Shown: positions 59,326 through 64,000 of the stretch, piece by piece
Numbering within the stretch: position 1 is the first letter of the stretch
How the letters are laid out: every line of letters starts with the position of its first letter
Origin: Candidatus Brocadiaceae bacterium
Lineage (GTDB): Bacteria > Planctomycetota > Brocadiia > SM23-32
Length of the DNA: 64,000 bases
Assembly (NCBI GenBank): GCA_963805825.1
Contig: CAWDVO010000020.1
Span: 354,792-418,791 of the forward strand
Direction: 5' to 3'
Translations under genes and position numbers: made by a program
The notes under the pieces: model-generated
Databases searched by the model: none
Told to the model about the DNA's origin: nothing
The model's input: the letters and a program-made list of their open reading frames with translations, nothing else

Positions 59326-60738
59326 CTAAAGAGGAGGCATGGATGCTCGCGCGCCCGGCGCGGCCGGGTTCGGCCCGCCGGTGAAGTCGCTGACGCGCGC
59401 GTCGGGGCACTCCTCCAGCCACAGACCGTGGGTGTAGAAGGGCGGCAGGCCCTCGTCCCAGTCCAGGCGGAAGCCGCGCAGGGCCAGCTCGCGCACGCGG
59501 AGGGCGTAGAGGCCGGGCACGTCGTGGCGGAAGACGGCGCTGGCCGGCGCCGGCGCGCCGCGCAGGTCGAAGTTGCCGCCGCGTGCCTCCTGCAGCTCGC
59601 CCCGGCGCATGCGCACGCTCACATTGTCGAAGGCGACGTCGCGTATCTCGCCCTCCTCGCAGCCGTGGAGCAGGACGCCGTTCTCGCCCTCGGCGACGAC
59701 GTCGCAGAACCGCAGCCCGCGGATGCTGCCGAGCGGGAGGCCGTCGTCGCGCAGCCGCAAGGTCGAGACGTGGATCGGCTCGCCGTTGCCCCACCACTGG
59801 CCGGGGTGCAGGCGCGTGCGGATGACGAGACCCGAGAACAGCACATTCTCCACGCTGCCCGCGCCGCGCACGTGGACGCAGATGCCACGATTGCTATCGT
59901 GGACGACCAGGTTGCTGAAGACGCAGTCGCGCGTCTCGCCCGAGTTGTAGCCGACGCGGATGCCCGAGGAGCGCGAGCGCAGCGTGCAGTCCGAGACGGC
60001 CAGTTGCTGCGAGCCGAAGACGGCGATGCAGTCGTCGCCCGTGTCGATGTCGCAGCCCGTGATGCGCACGCGGCGGCAGGAGCGCAGGTCGATGCCGTCG
60101 TCGTTCGGCACGCGCCGGCCGCTCGCCTCGCTGTGAATATGCACGCCCTCGACGCGCACGCCCTCGCAGTCCCGGAACTGCACGGTCCACGTCGGCGAGT
60201 TGCATATGGTGACGCCGCTGACGAGAACGTTCCTGCAGTCGCGGAAGCGCACGAGGTTGCCGGGCCGCTCGCCGTGCTCGAACGGGCCGTCGTCCGCCTC
60301 GCGCAGCATGCGGCCGAACGCCTCTCCCTGGCGTGTGCAGGCCGGGTCCAGGTCGCTGGCGCCCCTCGTGGCGGCGGTGTCGCAGAAGGCCGGCCCGCGC
60401 CCGTCGATGGTGCCGCGCCCGACGATGGCCACGTCCTGCGCGCCGATGGCCGTCACCAGCCCCGCCCGCGCCGACTCGCCGCTCCAGCGCTCGGAGTCGG
60501 CCGGGTAGTCCTCCAGCCGCTCGGAGGCGCGCAGCGTCGCGCCGGCCTCGAGGCGGAGCGTCACGCGGTCGGCCAGCGTGAGCGGGCCGGTCAGGTAGGT
60601 GCCGGCGGGCACCAGGACCGTGCCTCCGCCTGCCGCCGCACAAGCGTCGACGGCCGCTTGCAGCGACGCCGTGTCCGATGTCGTCCCGTCCCCTCGCGCC
60701 CCGCGGTCGCGCACGTCGAACCATCCCGTTCCGGGCAT
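59326..60738 (-). CDS. GH28-like right-handed beta-helix glycoside hydrolase (polygalacturonase family)
   Basis: ATG 60738 gives MPGTGWFDVRDRGARGDGTTSDTASLQAAVDACAAAGGGTVLVPAGTY. NDDGIDL and TGDDCIAV motifs are present, with repeated beta-helix coils. The stop lies 10 nt upstream of the start of 56620..59315, so they form an operon. Confidence 0.7.
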   Translation of the reverse strand: MPGTGWFDVRDRGARGDGTTSDTASLQAAVDACAAAGGGTVLVPAGTYLTGPLTLADRVTLRLEAGATLRASERLEDYPADSERWSGESARAGLVTAIGAQDVAIVGRGTIDGRGPAFCDTAATRGASDLDPACTRQGEAFGRMLREADDGPFEHGERPGNLVRFRDCRNVLVSGVTICNSPTWTVQFRDCEGVRVEGVHIHSEASGRRVPNDDGIDLRSCRRVRITGCDIDTGDDCIAVFGSQQLAVSDCTLRSRSSGIRVGYNSGETRDCVFSNLVVHDSNRGICVHVRGAGSVENVLFSGLVIRTRLHPGQWWGNGEPIHVSTLRLRDDGLPLGSIRGLRFCDVVAEGENGVLLHGCEEGEIRDVAFDNVSVRMRRGELQEARGGNFDLRGAPAPASAVFRHDVPGLYALRVRELALRGFRLDWDEGLPPFYTHGLWLEECPDARVSDFTGGPNPAAPGARASMPPL

Positions 60739-60776
60739 AGCGCCTGCTCCCAATGACGTTGCTGATGAACGGGGCC

Positions 60777-60805
60777 AATATAGACCGACGTGCGCCGGCC
60801 GGCAA
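60777..60805 (-). promoter_or_regulatory. sigma70-like promoter candidate TTGCCG-N17-TATATT for the GH28/GH-A operon
   Basis: On the minus strand, TTGCCG is at 60805-60800 and TATATT at 60782-60777. GGGAG lies 8 nt before ATG 60738. Confidence 0.45.
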
Positions 60806-60910
60806 GTCGGCCTCGGCGCGCACTCGGTGCGTGACACACACAACGTTGCCCGTCCCGCGCCGCATTGTACAAGCTATGCCGCGCGTTGCAAGCCCGTTGG
60901 TGTGCCTGTG

Positions 60911-60938
60911 TTGACACCCCGAGGCCCCGAGGTACCAT
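60911..60938 (+). promoter_or_regulatory. sigma70-like promoter candidate TTGACA-N16-TACCAT
   Basis: TTGACA is at 60911-60916 and TACCAT at 60933-60938, upstream of ATG 61025. Confidence 0.35.
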
Positions 60939-61024
60939 GACGATAGGCATACTGAGTATCCAAGTCAGGGGCGGCGCTGCCGGTAGGGATGCCGCCCGCA
61001 CGGCCTATCCGAAGGGGGTGTGTC

Positions 61025-61919
61025 ATGGCCGATAGAGGAACCATTCTGGTGTGCGGAGCAACCGGGCGCCAGGGCGGCTCAGTAGCGCACGAGCTGCTGG
61101 CGCATGGATGGCAAATACGGGCGCTGACGCGTGACCCCTCGAAGCCGGCCGCGCAGGAGCTGGCCGGCATGGGCGCCACCGTCGTGCAGGGAGACTTCGC
61201 GGACCGCGAGACGCTGGAGAGCGCGCTGGAGGGCTGCTACGGCTGCTACAGCGTGCAGAGCTTCTGGGAGAGCGGCGACCCGGACCTGGAGGTGGCCGAG
61301 GGATCGAGATAGCGGAGGTGGCCGCCGAGGCGGGCGTCCGGCACTTCGTCTACAGCTCCGTCGGCGGCGCCGAGCGGGGCACCGGCATCGCCCACTTCGA
61401 CAGCAAGTGGGCCGTCGAGGAGCACATCCGCAGCCTCGACCTGCCGGCCACGATCCTGCGGCCCGTCTACTTCATGGAGAACTGGTCGTCGCCCGAGATG
61501 CGGCGAGGCGATCCTGGGCGGCTCCGTGGTGATGGGGCTGGAGCCCGAGACGAAGCTGCAGATGATCGCCGTGCGCGACATCGGCGTCTTCGCCCGCATG
61601 GCGTTCGACGAGCCGGGCGTCTGGCTGGGCCGGGAGGTCGAGATAGCCGGCGACTCGCTGACGATGCCCGAGGTGGCAGCCGCGTTCGGCCGTGTGCTCG
61701 GCCGGCCGGTGGAGTATGCCGCCTGACCTACGACGCCGTCCGCCAGTCGCTCGGCGAGGACTACGCGGTGATGGTCGGTGGTTCGACGAGCACGGCTACG
61801 AGGCCGACATCGAAGGGCTGCGCCGGCTGCACCCGGGGCTGATGGACTTCGAGGGCTGGCTCGAGCAGGTGGAATGGGTGCAGGAGGCCCGCCGGGAGAC
61901 AGCCGCTCACGCACGGTAA
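61025..61919 (+). pseudogene. NmrA-family NAD(P)-binding protein, several frameshifts
   Basis: MADRGTILVCGATGRQGGSVAHELLAHGWQIRALTRDP (ORF 60989..61312) is followed by AGVRHFVYSSVGGAERGTGIAHFDSKWAVEEHIRSLDLPATILRPVYFMENW (61318..61842). Later pieces are VVMGLEPETKLQMIAVRDIGVFA... (61526..61726) and ...FDEHGYEADIEGLRRLHPGLMDFEGWL...* (61692..61919). Confidence 0.7.
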
Positions 61920-61952
61920 GGGAATCCCGACAACGGAATGTAGATTTCGGGC

Positions 61953-61980
61953 TTGACTTGGTCCGGCCGGACGGTATGAT
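61953..61980 (+). promoter_or_regulatory. sigma70-like promoter candidate TTGACT-N16-TATGAT
   Basis: TTGACT is at 61953-61958 and TATGAT at 61975-61980. GGGGGAGGG (61999-62007) lies 6 nt before ATG 62014. This conflicts with use of the in-frame ATG at 61976 as start. Confidence 0.35.
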
Positions 61981-62013
61981 TGGCGTCGGAGGCCAACAGG
62001 GGGAGGGTCTCGG

Positions 62014-62390
62014 ATGCCGAGAGTCGGACATCGCGGAACGTCCATTCAAAGAGGCGTGCTGCCTCTGCGGCAAGGAGGTCGCCGGCCGGCTCGTGCCGGC
62101 GGCTGAGGCGGGGGCCATCGCTCAGGAGGACCTGACGGGCTACCGTTGCGCCTCCTGCGGGATGACGTACTGCCAGAGTTGTGCCCTCAAGCACGTGTTC
62201 CGCATCCTCGGCCGCTCCGTCTGCAAGGGTTGCGGCGCCCGCGCGAAGGAGGCCGACTACGTGGTGGACAGTCCGGCCGCCGTTGCTGCAGGCCCTCGGC
62301 ACCGTGACCGAGGTGGAGGCCAGCGAGTACGGCGGGGCGACGCGCCAGGAGCCGGTGCTGGTTGCATGTTCGCTGACCGCCTGCGGCTGA
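62014..62390 (+). pseudogene. small Cys-rich zinc-ribbon protein, frameshifted
   Basis: The zinc-ribbon segment is ...FKEACCLCGKEVAG...YRCASCGMTYCQSCALKHVFRILGRSVCKGCGA... (frame of ORF 61778..62557). The tail ..LLQALGTVTEVEASEYGGATRQEPVLVACSLTACG* is in ORF 62181..62390. The RBS-supported ATG 62014 is out of frame with the zinc-ribbon segment, implying an early indel. The alternative in-frame ATG is at 61976. Confidence 0.4.
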
Positions 62391-62420
62391 CCAAGCAGGG
62401 GGGCGCCGCCGGGCCGCGGC

Positions 62421-62829
62421 ATGTCCACCGAGATCGAGCTGGCCAAGATCAGCGAGGTGGAGTTGCGCCCGCCGCCCGGCAAGGACAAGAGCGGCACGCT
62501 GGTCATCTACGTGGGCAAGCACCGTCTGCTGCGCGCGCTGCTGGCCGGCAACCATGAGGTGACCTTCGACCCCGCCGACATGCCCGCCTTCGAGGCCATG
62601 GCCGCGCGCCTGCAGCAGGGCCCCGCCGCGCCTGCACCGCCGCCGGGCCGCCGCACCGCCGCCTCCGCCTCCCCGGCCTGTGCAGCAGGCCCCTCCGCCC
62701 CCGCCACCCGCTCCCGGCGCCGACCTGGCCAACCTGGAGATGATCGAGAAGCTGGCCGACCTGCGCGCCAAGGGCGTCATCACCGAGGAGGAGTTCGCGG
62801 CGAAGAAGAAGCAGATACTGGGCCTGTGA
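62421..62829 (+). pseudogene. SHOCT-domain protein with Pro/Ala-rich linker, one net frameshift in the linker
   Basis: MSTEIELAKISEVELRPPPGKDKSGTLVIYVGKHRLLRALLAGNHEVTFDPADMPAFEAMAARL (ORF 62421..). The C-terminus, in another frame, is LANLEMIEKLADLRAKGVITEEEFAAKKKQILGL* (SHOCT signature), with TGA at 62827-62829. Confidence 0.6.
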
Positions 62830-62867
62830 CGTCCGGGCCGGCGTCCCTGCTGACAAGGAGTACATTG

Positions 62868-63571
62868 ATGGAACGGATCGAGATACCTGCATCGTCCGGC
62901 GCGAAGATCCTCGCCGTCTGCGCCATCGTGATGGCCGCCCTGAGCGTGCTCGTCCTGTTCACGGGGCGCGGGTTCGTGCAGTTCGTCGCCTTCCTCGGTG
63001 TCATGTTCTTCGGCCTGGCTTCGTCTACGTGTTCCTGCCGGTTCTCACTAAGGGGAAGGGGCCTGCCCTCGTGATCGACGACCAGGGCGTGACGGACCAC
63101 ACCCCGCTGCTGGGCGTCGGGCTGGTGCCCTGGAGCGACATCCAGGGCGTGGCCGTCGGCCAGTCCTCGGGGCAGGAACTACCTGCTCCTCAACGTCCCC
63201 GACCCGAACGCCTACCTGCTCCGCTCCGGCGTCGTGAAGCGCACCATCGTGAAGCTGCACCGCTTTCCGCCCTGCCTGCCGATAGACCTGGGCAGCCTGG
63301 AGGCGGACTCGGCCGCCATCGTCGACGGCCATCGGCCAGGAGGCCGCCCAGCGCGCGGGGGTGGACGTTGGGCCCGCGCCGGCCGCTGCCCAGGAGGCCG
63401 TCGCTCAGCCCGCCGGCGCCGCCGCAGCGGCAAGCCCCGGCCGCGCGGGCCCGGGCCGCATGCCCGATGACGTTGCTGCCACGCTGGAGAAGCTGGCGGA
63501 GCTGCGGGACAAGGGCATCCTGACCGAGGAGGAGTTCAGCGCAGAAGAAGAAGGACATACTCGGCATCTGA
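62868..63571 (+). pseudogene. membrane bPH-like (STM3941-type) protein with C-terminal SHOCT domain, several frameshifts
   Basis: AAGGAG lies 7 nt before ATG 62868. The protein begins MERIEIPASSGAKILAVCAIVMAALSVLVLFTGRGFVQFVAFLGVMFFGLAS. Later pieces are LTKGKGPALVIDDQGVTDHTPLLGVGLVPWSDIQGVAVGQ (ORF 63029..) and NYLLLNVPDPNAYLLRSGVVKRTIVKLHR.. The SHOCT tail is LEKLAELRDKGILTEEEFS..KKKDILGI*, with TGA at 63569-63571. Confidence 0.55.
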
Positions 63572-63603
63572 AGCCGGGGGCCGTGCGCTCCAGGAGGGGG
63601 ACG

Positions 63604-64000
63604 ATGCAGAGGATCGAACTCAGGTACAGCCCGGGCAACCGCGTCTTCAACTACGTCTTCATCGCGTTCTTCGGCCTTCTCACGATAGGCTCGCTCACCA
63701 TCATCTTCCCGCTTCAGGGACGAGTCGGTCCTGGGGGGCCTGTGCGCAATCGGGTTCGGGTGGGCAACCTACATGATGGGCACGCACATGTTGTGCGGGC
63801 TTGCGCCCATCACGCTCGATGACGAGGGCGTCACGCTGCTCTTCGGGACGCGGCCGGTGCTGATCCCCTGGAAGGAACTGGTCCGCGCAAAGGTCGAGGC
63901 GGCCGACGACAGGGGAGGGGGGCATCAGCCTCTGGGTGCGCGGCCGAGATGCCTTGAGGGCGCGCATGCCCTTCCCGGCGCGGCTCTCGCAGGGCCGCCC
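63604..64000 (+). pseudogene. second membrane bPH-like (STM3941-type) paralog, frameshifted, truncated by window edge
   Basis: AGGAGGGGG precedes ATG 63604. The protein begins MQRIELRYSPGNRVFNYVFIAFFGLLTIGSLTIIFPL, then in another frame ..LGGLCAIGFGWATYMMGTHMLCGLAPITLDDEGVTLLFGTRPVLIPWKELVRAKV.., parallel to 62868..63571. Confidence 0.5.

Overview
Very GC-rich bacterial chromosomal window. I recognise no rRNA, tRNA, CRISPR array, transposase or integrase. Most of it is a glycan-degradation and sugar-oxidation island. It holds a GH4 enzyme with an MFS permease, and four paralogous secreted clan GH-A (TIM-barrel) hydrolases. It also holds a fused double GH140-like (DUF4038) enzyme, a GH28-like beta-helix enzyme, and a Cys-type sulfatase preceded by a translationally coupled radical-SAM/SPASM-like gene. 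Further genes are two tandem sulfatase-fold paralogs with Thr in place of the formylglycine Cys, three Gfo/Idh/MocA oxidoreductases, a xylose-isomerase-like TIM barrel and a URO-D-family protein. There are two molybdopterin hydroxylase systems: a Tat-exported IorAB type, and a CoxLMS type interleaved with cyclase, HMGL-like and enolase-superfamily genes. Two giant secreted proteins stand out. One (40033-51985, about 4000 aa) joins a CBM-like domain, a GH domain, 25 exact 315-bp (105-aa) BACON/Ig-like tandem repeats and a PPC-like tail. The other is a C10 (streptopain-like) peptidase with Calx-beta, PPC-like and cadherin-like modules. Also present are a VapC/antitoxin pair with a clear promoter and operator, and a cluster of SHOCT-domain membrane proteins at the right edge. 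Intergenic DNA carries at least three families of palindromic repeats: a ~260-bp composite element (3 loci), a ~110-bp TIR-bounded MITE-like element (3 copies) and a shorter GGCAAGCCCGC..GTGGCAC palindrome (2 loci). Many genes are broken by single-base frameshifts. These cluster in multi-kb blocks that alternate with perfectly clean blocks, which looks more like patchy assembly or polishing error than biology. I therefore report affected genes as full-span pseudogene-type features, with that caveat. Long ORFs antisense to real genes are GC-driven shadow ORFs and are rejected. Lineage guess (inference only): Planctomycetota-like or related, based on gene content and a LEPRVLLSA-type N-terminus.
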